Source of the DNA: Anolis carolinensis
Taxonomy: Eukaryota
Assembly (NCBI RefSeq): GCF_035594765.1
Contig: NC_085842.1
Location: forward strand, 19,506,782 to 19,570,781
DNA: 64,000 bases
Reading direction: 5' to 3'
The translations under genes were made by a program, and so were the position numbers. Below are positions 12,270-24,146 of this stretch, one piece after another (the stretch's first letter is position 1; every line of letters begins with the position of its first letter). The notes under the pieces are model-generated. The model ran no database searches, had not been told where the DNA came from, and worked only from the letters and a program-made list of their open reading frames with translations.

Positions 12270-12741
12270 GTGGGTCGTTATTATTATTTATTATTATTGT
12301 GTGTTCTAGGCCTTGTGGCAGTGGTAAAGATGTGGAAGGAAGGGAAACGAACAGGAAAGGGAGGGATTTATATTTCTAAAAATCCTCCCCACACTTGGCA
12401 CTACAGGCAGCTTTGATTTACAGCCGAAATGAGAAACTCCAACGCTTCTTGGACATGACATTGATTTTTTTAAAATTCCAGAGCAGAATATCTTTGTATT
12501 GTCGAAGGCTTTCATGGACGGAATCACTGAGTTGCGGTGAGTTTTTCGGGCATTATGGCCATGTATGGCAGAGCTATAGATGTGGGCAAAACATCAGGAG
12601 AGAATGCTTCTGGAACATACAGCCCGAAAAACTCACTGCAATCCTATAATATCTTTGTCTGAATGGCTTTTAACTGTGAATTTTTAAATACTGCTTATAT
12701 GGATGTTTGTGTGTATTTGTGTATATATGTGTGTGTGTATA

Positions 12742-13424
12742 CAGTAGAGTCTCACTTATCCAACATAAACGGGCCAGCAGCACATTGGATAAGCAAAAAT
12801 GTTGGATAATAATGAGAGATTAAGGAAAGGCCTATTAAACATCAAATTAGATTATGATTTTACAAATTAAGCACCGAAACAACAAATTTGACAGAAAAAG
12901 TAGTTCAATACACAGTAATGTTATGTAGTAATTACTGTATTTACAAATTTAGCACCAAAATATCATGATGTATTGAAAACATTGACTACAAAAATGTGTT
13001 GGATAATCCAGAACGTTGGATAAGCGAGTCTTGGATAAGTGAGACTCTTCTGTATTTGTGTATATGTGTATGTATGTGTGTGTGTGTGTGTATACAGTAG
13101 AGTCTCACTTATCCAGGATAAAAGGGCCGGCAGAACATTGGATAAGCGAAAATGTTGGATAATAAGGAGGGATTAAGAAAAAAGCCTATTAAACATAAAA
13201 TTACATTATGATTTTACAAATTAAGCAACAAAACACCATGTTTTACAACAAATTGACAGAAAAAGCAGTTCAATACACAGCAATGTTATGTAGTAATTAC
13301 TGTATTTACGAATTTAGCACCAAAACATTGCAACATTGACTACAAAACATTGACTATAAAAAGCAGACTGGGTTAGATAATACAGAATATCGAATAAGTG
13401 AAGCTTGGATAAGTGAGACTACTG
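12742..13424. mobile_element. two adjacent Tc1/mariner-pogo MITEs (12742-13052, 13095-13424) in a (TG)n/(TA)n tract
   Basis: Family TIRs. Confidence 0.8.
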
Positions 13425-14124
13425 TATGTATATATATATATATCACATTTTTAAAATTTTATTTTCTCACTTTTATACCATAAGAGTGGGCGAAAGACCA
13501 AGGAAAGTATAATAGCTTTGTCAGTAAATTAAGTCTATTCCTAAGTCATAATGTAAAACCAAGAGTGAGTAAGAGGAGGATATTGTTATACATATTTCTG
13601 TTTTATAAAGCAGTTCCATTCACAATGCCTTTTGCTTAGGAAACACAAAAAGAATTGGTTACATGGCATCATATGTTGTTTTTATAGGGTTCCTTAGTCT
13701 TTTAAAATGGTTCGTCTATTTATACTCATATTATTCTGTTATTTTGTTTTTATTAATTAAAATGTGATTATTTTTGTATTTTATTTATTGTATTTGCTCA
13801 TTTTACTGTAAGCCACCTCGAGAGGAGAGGGGGAAGGGTATAAATAAAGCTTATTATTATTATTATTACTATTCTTTTTTGTCTTTTTTATTATTCCATT
13901 TGTTTTTTTCGCCGATCACCTTTCTTCTTATGTTGTCCCATTTTTTCTTGTCTTCTCCTCTGGGCCTATAGCCAGAAATGTTACATGCTTTAAACATTTT
14001 TACTGCTTTTCTTCCAGCAAGAGCAGCTATTTTTGATGTTGATGTAATGTTCTCGCATGTTTTCAATAATTGCAATTGTTCTATTTTAGGTTACTGTATG
14101 TTAATTTCACCTATGTACCTTTTT

Positions 14125-14470
14125 TGGATTGCAGTGAGTTATCCCAGCTGTATGGCCATGTTCCAGAAGCATTCTCTCCTGACATTTTGCCCACCTCTAT
14201 GGCAGGCATCCTCAGAGCTTGTGAGGTCTGTTGGAAACTATGCAGGTGGGGCTTTTATATATGTGGAAAGTCCAGGGTGGGAGAAAGAACTCTTGTCTGA
14301 GGCAAGCGTGAATATTGCAACTGGCCAGCTTAATTAGCATTTGAATGACCTTGCAGCTTCAAAGCCTGCCTGCTTCCTGCCTGGGGGATTCTTTGTTGGG
14401 GAGGTGTTAGCTGGCCCTGATTGTTTGCTGTCTGGAATTCCCCTGTTTTCAGAGTGTTGTTCTTTATTTA
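14125..14470 (-). mobile_element. Penelope-like element fragment
   Basis: Matches the terminal repeat of 45538-47130. Confidence 0.75.
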
Positions 14471-15123
14471 TGATTTATGGTTCATCATATCTTTAAACAT
14501 GAGTCCATGTGTTTATGTGTTCTAGATAGTACTTGGTTTTGAAAAAGAGCCCGTGTGGTATCTTTTTGGTTGTTTGCTTGTCAAACAATGGCTAACGACA
14601 AAAATGAACTTCATGAAAGGTTCATCTTGACGTGACAATAGGATGGAAACGACTTAAAACCATACAAGCAAAGTTGTTTAGTGTTAAGTGGTTTTAGCAA
14701 AAAGAATGCAACTCCAGAATGATTCATGAGGTAGCAGTGTGGATGGCACTGAGGTCAATACGAAGTCCTATAGGGTGAAACAGAGGTGGGAGGTCAGTGG
14801 AAGGCCAAGAGAAAGAAGGTGAAGCTGGGGAAATGAGAGAGATAAGTGGAAATGATGGGCCAGTCTGCTTTGATTCTCAAGTAACTTCATAGGTCTCAGG
14901 TGAAAATGATTTCCTGATCATCATGTACCTTTCCTTCAAGGAAGAGAGACAGTTGTCAGTTGTAACAGTCCCTATTTGTTCTTCCCTACAGAGTGCAACA
15001 ATTGTTAATGCAATCTCTTGGCTTTACAGAAAAATTAGGCACAAAGACTGATGAGGGATCCTTGGCCCTGAGAGGGGAGGAGCAGCTATAACTAAGAGGT
15101 TCGCATTGGACATCGGTTGAAAG

Positions 15124-15537
15124 ATGGACAGACCGGACTCAGCTGGGCCTGAAGCAGGAAACGTCCTTGAGGGCTTAAGTGCTGGGAACAAAGGAAGATT
15201 CTGGGCAAGACCAATGCTCAAATTCCTGGGTGATAACTTTGCCAACTCAGACACACAGCCTCATCATTTTGGGCAGTTCTCCTGTGAGGAGGTGGAGTGG
15301 CCCCGGGAGATCTGCAGCCAACTCCACCATCTCTGCCGCCAGTGGCTGAAGCCAGAAAAACACACAAAAAACCAGATGCTGGACCTGGTGGTGCTGGAGC
15401 AGTTCCTGACCCTCCTGCCACCAAAGATGTCAAGCTGGGTCAGGGAATGTGGAGCAGAGACATGTTCCCAGGCCGTGGCCCTGGCAGAAGGATTCCTCCT
15501 GAGTAAGGAAGCAGAGGAGCAGGATGAAGAGCAGCAG
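15124..15537 (+). CDS. ZNF gene A (SCAN-KRAB-C2H2, ZKSCAN-like), SCAN exon
   Basis: [40 protein letters not shown]...WVRE SCAN motif; donor CAG|GTGAGT. Model join(15124-15537,16150-16252,16562-16620,17939-18065,19068-20188) = 607 aa with consistent phases. Confidence 0.92.
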
Positions 15538-16149
15538 GTGAGTGCATTTCATCTGCAAAGTTCAGGACATCTTCCCCTGTTCACTTGTTCTTCAATCTCT
15601 TCTGTTCATACTGTTGCTACTCCAAGCGCCACTGGGATATTTGTTGCATCTCTGTCGTAATACTCTTAATTTGCAGTGGATTCACAATCTCAGAAGCTTC
15701 AAGTAAGATGTGTCCTCCTTATTTGTTTTGTTTGTTATTGGCTGTTAGGAACTGTGGGGTTTGAAGTCCAAAACACCTGGAGGGCCAAAATTTGCCCATG
15801 CCTGCTACACTGTCAATAATAATAACAACAACAACAACAACTTTATTATTGTACCCTCCCTCCATCTCCCCGAAGGGACTCGGGGCGGCTTACATAAGAA
15901 AAACAGTCCATAGATTTAAAACACAATATAATAACATAGTTATAAAACAACATAACTTGACAATTATTAAAACCAAGACATTAATTGCTATGTACAGAGG
16001 GTGATTAATGCAAAACTCTGAGTAAAGTCCATGAGTAAAATAGAGACGGGCGGGGGAAGACAAGGAACTGATACACTTAATACACACACCCCGCCATTTG
16101 GAAGTAAATCACTTTCTAATCCTGTCTTGAATCCTGACAATTGTTTCAG

Positions 16150-16252
16150 GCGAAGAAGCTCTCTACTGACATTCAGCCTGATTTCTCTGCTGTAAGAGAG
16201 GCTCCATCAGATGCCAGGCAGAACTCCCAGCAAAGGGACATCACTTTGCAAG
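16150..16252 (+). CDS. ZNF gene A linker exon (103 nt)
   Basis: TTTCAG| ... |GTAAGG, open frame, conserved in genes B and C. Confidence 0.85.
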
Positions 16253-16561
16253 GTAAGGATACTCCCTGATAAAGTGGGTTTTTATGTAGAATTATGTTTA
16301 ACTCCCTCATCTTTACTATTATGAAAAAAATAATGTTGTGACACATGCCAGTATGACTGGGCCAAGTTTCCTGGTTAGTGGGGATTAAAATGTGATATTC
16401 AAAATTTCCACATAGCCACCTTAATTGTTATCACATTGCTGTATGTCCTTTAGAACTAACTTTTCTTCCATTCAAGGGGTTTTGCTCTTAGAAGGGTTTG
16501 GGGGATTGCAGTCTTAGTCTCTGAGGCCAACGTACATTCTTGCTGCATTGATCTCTCACAG

Positions 16562-16620
16562 GGGCTGAAGCAATACAGGGAACAATGGCTCTTGGTTACA
16601 ATGGAGTGGGACTATTTCAG
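16562..16620 (+). CDS. ZNF gene A linker exon (59 nt)
   Basis: CACAG| ... CAG|GTAAGG; restores phase 0; conserved in gene C. Confidence 0.8.
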
Positions 16621-16709
16621 GTAAGGAGAAAGATAACTGGAAACATGAGTTAGAGATCCTCTATCTCCAATTTTTAATCCTCAGTAATGAAAGGAATAAT
16701 AAAAGCTGT

Positions 16710-17165
16710 GCCGGGCTGTGGCGCAGGCTGTTGAGCAGCTGCAATAAATCACTCTGACCATGAGGTCATGAGTTTGAGGCCAACCCGTGGCGGGGTGAGC
16801 ACCCGTCAATTAAAAATAAAAAATAGCCACTGCTCGTTGCTGACTTGGCAACCCGAAAGATAGTTGCATCTATCAAGTAGGAAATAAGGTACCACTTATA
16901 AAAGTGGGGAGGCAAGTTTAACTAATTTACGACCTGGAATGAGGAAGTGCTGTCAGAGTGGATGATGAAGCAGCTGCTCCCCCCTGTGGCCAGAATCAAA
17001 CATCCCCTCAGAAGAAGGTTAATTTGCCTCTGCGTCTGTCTGTCTCGGTCTCTGTTTGATGTGTTTATGGGCATTGAATGTTTGCCCTATGTGTGTATAA
17101 TGTGATCTGCCCTGAGTCCCCTTCGGGGTGAGAAGGGCGGAATATAAATACTGTAAATAAATAAT
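16710..17165 (+). mobile_element. tRNA-derived SINE with L2-type tail
   Basis: GCCGGGCTGTGGCGCAGG head, (TAAA) tail, flanking ATAAAAGCTG repeat; absent from the paralogous intron of gene C. Confidence 0.75.
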
Positions 17166-17938
17166 ATAAAAGCTGGGAGTTTCCTAAATATTTTTGGTGT
17201 AAAGATGTAGAGATTTAAACAATTTACTCCTGTAGTTTGCAAGCAGTACCCAGACTGAGAGGCAAAGAATCAAGGAGATTCCAAAGCAAGTCATAGGCAA
17301 TTGGCACTTAGTTGATACAGGTCTGGTGTTGAATCTCGTACCTGGACAAGAGGAACCCCATCCTGTTGTTGCTTGTAGCAAAGCTGAAAGTGTAAGAAAG
17401 TACCTGCTGGGTCAGACCAAAGATCCACCTGGCTCACTATCCTGATTCCCAAAGTGTGCAAACAGACTAGGCCAGTGGTTCTCAACCTGTGGGTCCACAA
17501 ATGCTTTGGCCTTCAACTCCCTGAAATCCTAACAGCTGGTAAACTGGCTGGGATTTTTGGGAGTTGTGGGCCAAAACACCTGGGGACCCACAGGTTGAGA
17601 ACCACTTATCTAGGCAGTCCATATGCCAAGTCATGATGGCCATAGTAATTTTTGAGTGTTGTGATATTCAAAGCAATATCTCTTCTCCTCTTGGAAATGG
17701 TTAGCAGCAAATGGGCCTAACAGGCAAATAATTTGTCCGGCTAGGAAGGCTGTGAATGCTACTTGAAGTTTTAAGCCTGCAATATAAGACCCAGTTGCCC
17801 CACATTAACTTAGATTTGTGTTTTGTTTGACCCCATCTACACTGCCATATAATGTAGCTTCATAATGCAGTTTATTAATGTTGTCTATTGCTTTGATGCT
17901 GGATTTGAGCAGGAAATGTTATTTCTTTTTTAATTGAG

Positions 17939-18065
17939 GTTCCAGTGACTTTTGAAGAAGTGGCTGTGTCTTTCCTCCCAGAGGAATGGAGTTTCCTAAA
18001 TGCAGATCAGAGAGCCCTGTACAACGAAGTCATGGAGGAAACCTGTAGCATCATGTCTGCTCTTG
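17939..18065 (+). CDS. ZNF gene A KRAB-A exon
   Basis: 127-nt exon, [43 protein letters not shown]. Confidence 0.9.
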
Positions 18066-18439
18066 GTATGGCCTTTTCTTTCTTTTGCTTGTAATCTCTA
18101 TTTTAAAATGCCAGAACAAATACTCAGAAAAAGAGCAGCAACCAAGCACTGGACGTTTTCTTAAGGCACGGCTGGAACTTCTCTCCTTCCAGGCCAGGCC
18201 CTTCCTTGCAGCTGTTTCCAGTGTTGATTGTTTGCCCTTCAGCTTGGCCAGTAATGATGCATGATGTCCACCTGTCTTTTTTGGTTTCTGGGCTGCCATT
18301 CTTTTCTCATCTTTGATCCTCTCTGAGCTTCAGGGATTTGAACAGTTTCCAGTTTTGGAGATACCACACAGTTTGGAATATAACTACCCTGAGCCTATGT
18401 TCAAGCTCATGTTTCCATTCCACCTGCAGAATGGAACTA

Positions 18440-18762
18440 CAGTAGAGTCTCACTTATCCAAGCTAAACGGGCCAGCAGAAGCTTGGATAAGCAAATATCT
18501 TGGATAATAAGGAGGGATTAAGGAAAAGCCTATTAAACATCAAATTAGGTTATGATTTTACAAATTAAGCACCAAAACATCATGTTATACAACAAATTTG
18601 ACAGAAAAAGAAGTTCAATACGCAGTAATGTTATGTTGTAATTACTGTATTTACGAATTTAGCACCAAAAAATCACAATATAATGCAAACATTGACTACA
18701 AAAATGGCTTGGATAATCCAGAAGCTTGGATAAGCGAGGCTTGGATAAGTGAGGCTCTACTG
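18440..18762. mobile_element. Tc1/mariner-pogo MITE
   Basis: TIRs, TA duplication; empty site in gene C at ~50055. Confidence 0.88.
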
Positions 18763-19067
18763 TATCTCAAAGCTTATTTTAAGCTCCAGACCTAATAGAA
18801 GCAAACAAAGCTCAAAAAACCTCAGAGCTTCTGACATAAAAATAACCCAGTTCTGGACTCCATCCCTCAATCCACCTTCCAACCATCATGGCCACTCTTA
18901 ATGAAAATAGAAAACATTTTAGCTGGACCTTTTAGCAATGCGGACATCTTGCTTCCCCTTAGGATCCTTTCCTGTTAAGATCTCATTTACCCATGTCTTT
19001 GATCTCTGACATTTCTTTTTACTGAAACTTGGGAATGTATTTTCATATACTGATTTTCTTTTATCAG

Positions 19068-20188
19068 GTAACTGGAAGGGAAAAAATGCCTTTGCCAACC
19101 ACAGGAATCCTCATACTCAAATCTTTCCCAAACACGAAGAAGCCTGCATAGAAGAAAAATGTCCTGAAGAGATGGCCTGCATATGCACCAACTGTGGAAG
19201 ATGTTTTACCCCAAACACAATACATGTGTGTGATGAGAGAATGCAGCAGGAAGAGAACCACTTTGGATATGAAGTTTTGGTGAAAGGTGTTGATTGCAAA
19301 TTGCAGCATGAGAGATACCATATAGCAGAGAAAGCACACAAATGCCAGGAGTGTGGGAAATGTTTTGCTTCCAAGTCGCATCTTCGGCAACACCAGGCAA
19401 TCCACACAGGAGACAAACCATACAGCTGCCAAGAATGTGGGAAATGTTTTATTTCTACATCAGGACTCCTCAGACACCTGAGAACTCACACGGGAGAGAA
19501 ACCCTACAGATGCCAAATGTGTGGAAAATGTTTTGTTTCTAATTCAGTACTTCTGATCCACCAGAGAATCCACACAGGGGAAAAGCCATACAAATGCCAG
19601 GAATGTGGGAAATGTTATGCCCATCATTCAGGGCTTGTTGTCCACCAAGGAATGCACACAGGAGAGAAACCGCACAACTGCCAAGAATGTGGGAAGTGTT
19701 TTCATTCCCGATCAGGACTTCTCAAACACCAGAGAATCCACACAGGAGAGAAGCCATACAAATGCCAAGAGTGTGAGAAATGTTTTCTTTCCAAGTCATC
19801 TTTTGTGGATCACAAACGGGTTCACACAGGAGAGAAACCATTCAAATGCCAGGAGTGTGGGAAATGTTATGCCCGAAATTCAGTGCTTATTATCCACCTG
19901 AGAACCCACACAGGAGAAAAACCATACGGGTGCCAGGAGTGTGGGAAGTGTTTTAATTCCAAGCCAGAACTTTTGAATCACCAGAGAATCCACACCGGAG
20001 AGAAACCATATAAGTGCCAGGAGTGTGGGAAATGTTATGCCCGGAAACCAGATCTTGTCATTCACCAGAGAACCCACACAGGAGAGAAACCATACTCATG
20101 CGAGGAATGTGGAAAACGCTTTTCTTCCAAGTCATGTCTTGTCATCCATCAGAAAATCCATCAGAAATATAGTACATATAGTACATAA
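19068..20188 (+). CDS. ZNF gene A C2H2 zinc-finger exon (10 fingers in frame)
   Basis: Tandem CxxC...HxxxH with TGEKP linkers; acceptor TTATCAG|; 11th finger shifted out of frame by an insertion at 20161-20194. Confidence 0.93.
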
Positions 20189-20511
20189 AATCCACAAAGG
20201 AGAGGAAGAATACAAATGTGAAGATTGTGAAAAATCCTATGTTTCCAGGTCAGGACTTGTGAAACACAAGACAATGCATAAAGGAAAGGAACCATAGAAA
20301 AGCCTAGAGTTCTGCCCACAGTTGAGACCTTGTCACCCACCAGAGTCCACACAGGCAAAAAATGCTACAATTGCTTGGAGTGTGGGAAATGTTTTACTCA
20401 GAATTCAGCTCACAGGCAGCATAAAACAGTTCACACTGAAGAGAGCACTTTTTTGCCTTGAAAGCAGAGTAATTACTATATGAGAATTCACAGAGAAATC
20501 ACTGAATCCTA

Positions 20512-20792
20512 TGAGCCCCTGGTGGCGCAATGGGTTGAACCCTTGTGCCTGCAGGACTGCTGACTTGAAAATTGAGTTGCTGACGTAAAGGTTGCCGGTT
20601 TGAATTTGGGGAGAGTGTCGATGATCTCCCTCTGTTAGCTCCAGCTCCCCATGCAGGGACATGAGGGAAGCCTCCCACAAGGATGGTGAAAACATCCAGG
20701 CATCCCCAGGGCAACGTCCTTGCAGACAGCCCATTCTTTTCACATCAGATGCGACTTGCACTTTCTCAAATCTCTCCTGACACGAAACAAAA
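20512..20792 (+). mobile_element. Sauria-type SINE with 11-bp TSD downstream of the gene A stop
   Basis: TSD ACTGAATCCTA at 20501-20511 and 20793-20803; empty site in gene C (~48250). Confidence 0.85.
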
Positions 20793-22859
20793 ACTGAATC
20801 CTACATTGATTTAAACTCCAAGTGCCAGCAAAGTTATGTCTTTCTCAATCCATAAATCCATCACTAAGACATTCCTAAGGGGATGCTATTTAAAGCATCA
20901 ACTTCCACTCTCAACAGTACAAAGTTCTTCCTCACATTTTTTCAGAATTTGCTTTCCTTTGAGTTGAATCCAGTGGTTCAGATCCCAGAGAGGCAGCAAA
21001 CAAGCTTGTTCCACTTTCTATCTGATTACAGTAGTAGTTCCCAACCTTTGAGCCTCCAGATGTTTTTGACTTCAACTCACAGAAATCCCAGCCAGTTTAC
21101 CAGCTCTTAGGAACTGTGGGAGCTGAAATCCAAAACATATGGAGGCCCAAAGATTGGGAGCCACTGCGCTACAGAGATTTGAGTTCATCGAAAGCAGCTG
21201 AATTGCTAATTCTTTACCTCCTTTGATACATTTTTACTATTATGGTTTTTTTTAACATTTTATTATTATTGTTTTTAGGGGGAAGATGAGTGAAGTTAGT
21301 TTGAATTGGTGTACTGCTGATATAAGAGACATATTGGGAAATTACCGTCTTTACAAATTGTATAACAAAACTAATTTTGCTGATTTTTGTTTAAAATGGG
21401 ACTGAAGGTGCCATTTTGGGGGCTCCATCCCTTATTTAGTCTGTCAACTCCTTCGTTCTTCCTCCCCTTTGATCCTATTGGTTTCTCCTCTCCCTTCGTC
21501 TGCTTAGCTGGCACAGTGGGTCCCACACTTTGAAGGGTTTAGTGAGGTTTGAGCTGTCAGTTTGGCGCCAAAAGATCATCTAGTAAAATCTAGGCACCCT
21601 TCTTCTGTCTGCTCAGAAGTTTATCTCATTGTACACATTTGTAATCCTTTAGTATTACGCTTATCATGGCTCACACATTTCTGGATCTTCTGATAATCAC
21701 TAATCATTTCCTACTTTCTTGACTTTTCTCTCCCTCTATTTCCTCCATCTCTCCTATACGCTTTTCCACCCATCACATTTGTCAATTGGTTAGAAATTTA
21801 AGCAGTTTGGTAAGCTGAAGGACAAGATTGATTCACTGTTTTCATCCTCACCATTAAAAAATTACTGAGAAAGAAGTCTCATTGAATTTAACAAGCAACA
21901 TTCCTTCCTGCTTCATGATATGGATTAATGAGACAACGTCTGCAGTATATTGGTAGAGGCAAAAACTGTCCAGCATGTGCCCAAAGGCACTCTAGAAACA
22001 CTTCTGATCAAGAACCCCCTTCCCTGGATTCATTGACAGATCTTTGTAGCCAGCCCCTTGTTGCACTTGCCTTAGATGTGCATCCACTAGCTAAAATTAA
22101 TGCATCGTTGCTTACTTTTAGGAGTTGCGAGTCCTGCCATGTTTATTTTGCTCTCGCCATATTCATTCTTCCTTTGTTGTATGCAGTGTGCTTGTAATAG
22201 CTATTACCATGCTGGTTTGTCTTGCTTTGAAGGGGCCTGATGGAGAAAACTTATTAGTTGTTTTCTAAACCTGCCAGATTTATTGTGCAGCTGTATAATA
22301 GGAAGTAATAATTGAAGAATGCCATTCTCATGAGTGGAATGATGGCGTGTTTGGAGGGTTTGGATTTAAAAATGGGAGGGGAGAAACTCCGAACCAACTG
22401 AAAATAGAAGATATTTAAAAATAATGTCCATGGAAAAAGGAATACAGACATACCTTGTGTTTCTAATAGGGTGCACCTATACTGTTGAATGCATGCAGTT
22501 AGACACATTTGAATTGGCATAGAATCCTGGGAATTATAGTTTGGGCCTCATGGGCCAGAAAAGCAAAAGCTCTTGCAAAACTACTACTCACAGAATTCAA
22601 TTGCATTCAGCCATAGAAGTTAAAGCTGTATCAAACTGTATTTATTTAACAATTAATACAATTAGAGAAAGCTACAGACTTTGCAAAACTACAGCTCCCA
22701 GGCTCTCATTGCATTGAGCCAGAGCAGTTCAAAGTAGTTTCAAACTACATTCTTCAACAGTGTAGACACATCCATGGCGGACTCAAACTCTGTAGCCATC
22801 CCATCCTGTTCATGATATCAAGTCCTTTTACCTTCAGAGCTGTATTAACCTCTGTGCCT

Positions 22860-23400
22860 CAATAGAGATCAAAATGGGATAGAAATACTATACATATGTA
22901 AATCCTGCAGGAGAGATGGTTGAGAGGAGACATAAGAGCCATGTATAAATATTTGAACAGATGCCATAAGGAAGAGAGAGTAGGCTTGTTTTCTGTGGCC
23001 CTGGAAACTAGGACTAGGAGCAGTGGGTTCAAATGACAGGAAAGGAGATTCCACCTGAACATTAGAAAGAACTTCCTGAAGAGCTGTTCAATATATGCTT
23101 TTATGGTTTTAATCTGAATTGTTTTTAATGCTAATGATGTTTAATGCTGTTTTAATTTTTGTATATTTTAAATTGTATACTGATGTTTTTATGCCAAGCC
23201 GCTTTGAGTCTCCTGTGGGAGAGATAAAGCGGGATGATGATGATGATAATAATAACAACAACAACAACAGCCTTGAAGTCTGGTGAAAACTCCTTCCTTG
23301 GAGGCTTTAAACAGAGGCTGGATGGCCATCTGTCAGGGGTGCTTTGATTATGCTTTTCCTTCATGACCCTTGGACTCTTCCAACCCTATGATTCTATTGC
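22860..23400 (+). mobile_element. CR1 3' fragments, interrupted
   Basis: GGAGATTCCACCTGAACATTAGAAAGAACTTCCTGA and GATTCTAT-type tail. Confidence 0.7.
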
Positions 23401-23407
23401 ACGCATG

Positions 23408-23456
<49 letters not shown>

Positions 23457-23612
23457 TTGTTTTTATACCCCACCTCCATCTCCCTGAAGGGACTCGGGGC
23501 AGCTTACATGGGACCAAGCCTGGGTAAAACAGCAAACCAAAATAAAATAACATTAGAAAATACAGATACAAAGATCAAATTAACATTCTAAACATAATAA
23601 AATATAAAATGA

Positions 23613-24146
23613 CTAGCTGTGCCCGGCCACGCGTTGCTGTGGCGAAGTATGGTGGTATGGGAAATAAAGTATTGAGGAATTGGTGGTATTGTAGTTAAGG
23701 TAAAGGGTAAAGGTTTTCCCCTGACATTAAGTCCAGTCATGACTCTGGGGGTTGGTGCTCATCTCCATTTCTAAGCTGAAGAGCTGGCATTGTCCGTAGA
23801 CTCCTACAAGGTCATGTGGCATGACTGCATGGAGTGTCGTTACTTCCCCGCCGGAGCAGTGCCTATTCATCTACTCTCATTTGTGAGGCCTAACTCTGCC
23901 TGTCCCCTGGGCTGAGTGGGTTGCTAGGAGACCAAGTCGGTGGAGCTTAGCCTTCTAACTGGCAGCAATTGGATAAAAACAATTATTCATCTCCCTCTAA
24001 TTAGGACTTTATTTTTCTTTTCTTTTTGTCGTATGAATGTAGAGGCATGGATGAGGGATTGTGCTGCCAAGTTTAGTGTTTCTGGGATGTGTAGTTTTGT
24101 TGTTTTGTCCTAGGCCAAAATTTCATTACCCTTTTATATATATAGA
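23613..24146 (-). mobile_element. non-autonomous Helitron carrying a Sauria SINE fragment
   Basis: Same TC...hairpin-CTAG termini as 10915-11417; SINE piece at ~23695-23885. Confidence 0.75.

Larger units (their letters stand above)
11990..21500. repeat. arm 1 of an inverted segmental duplication (arm 2 ~47530-56217)
   Basis: Exons, introns, 3' flank and promoter of gene A align in reverse complement with gene C. Confidence 0.9.

Noticed and set aside
11886-12416. 176-aa ORF over the gene A promoter
   Set aside because: Spans an antisense LINE fragment, a GC-rich promoter and an intron; not preserved in the paralogous gene C region.
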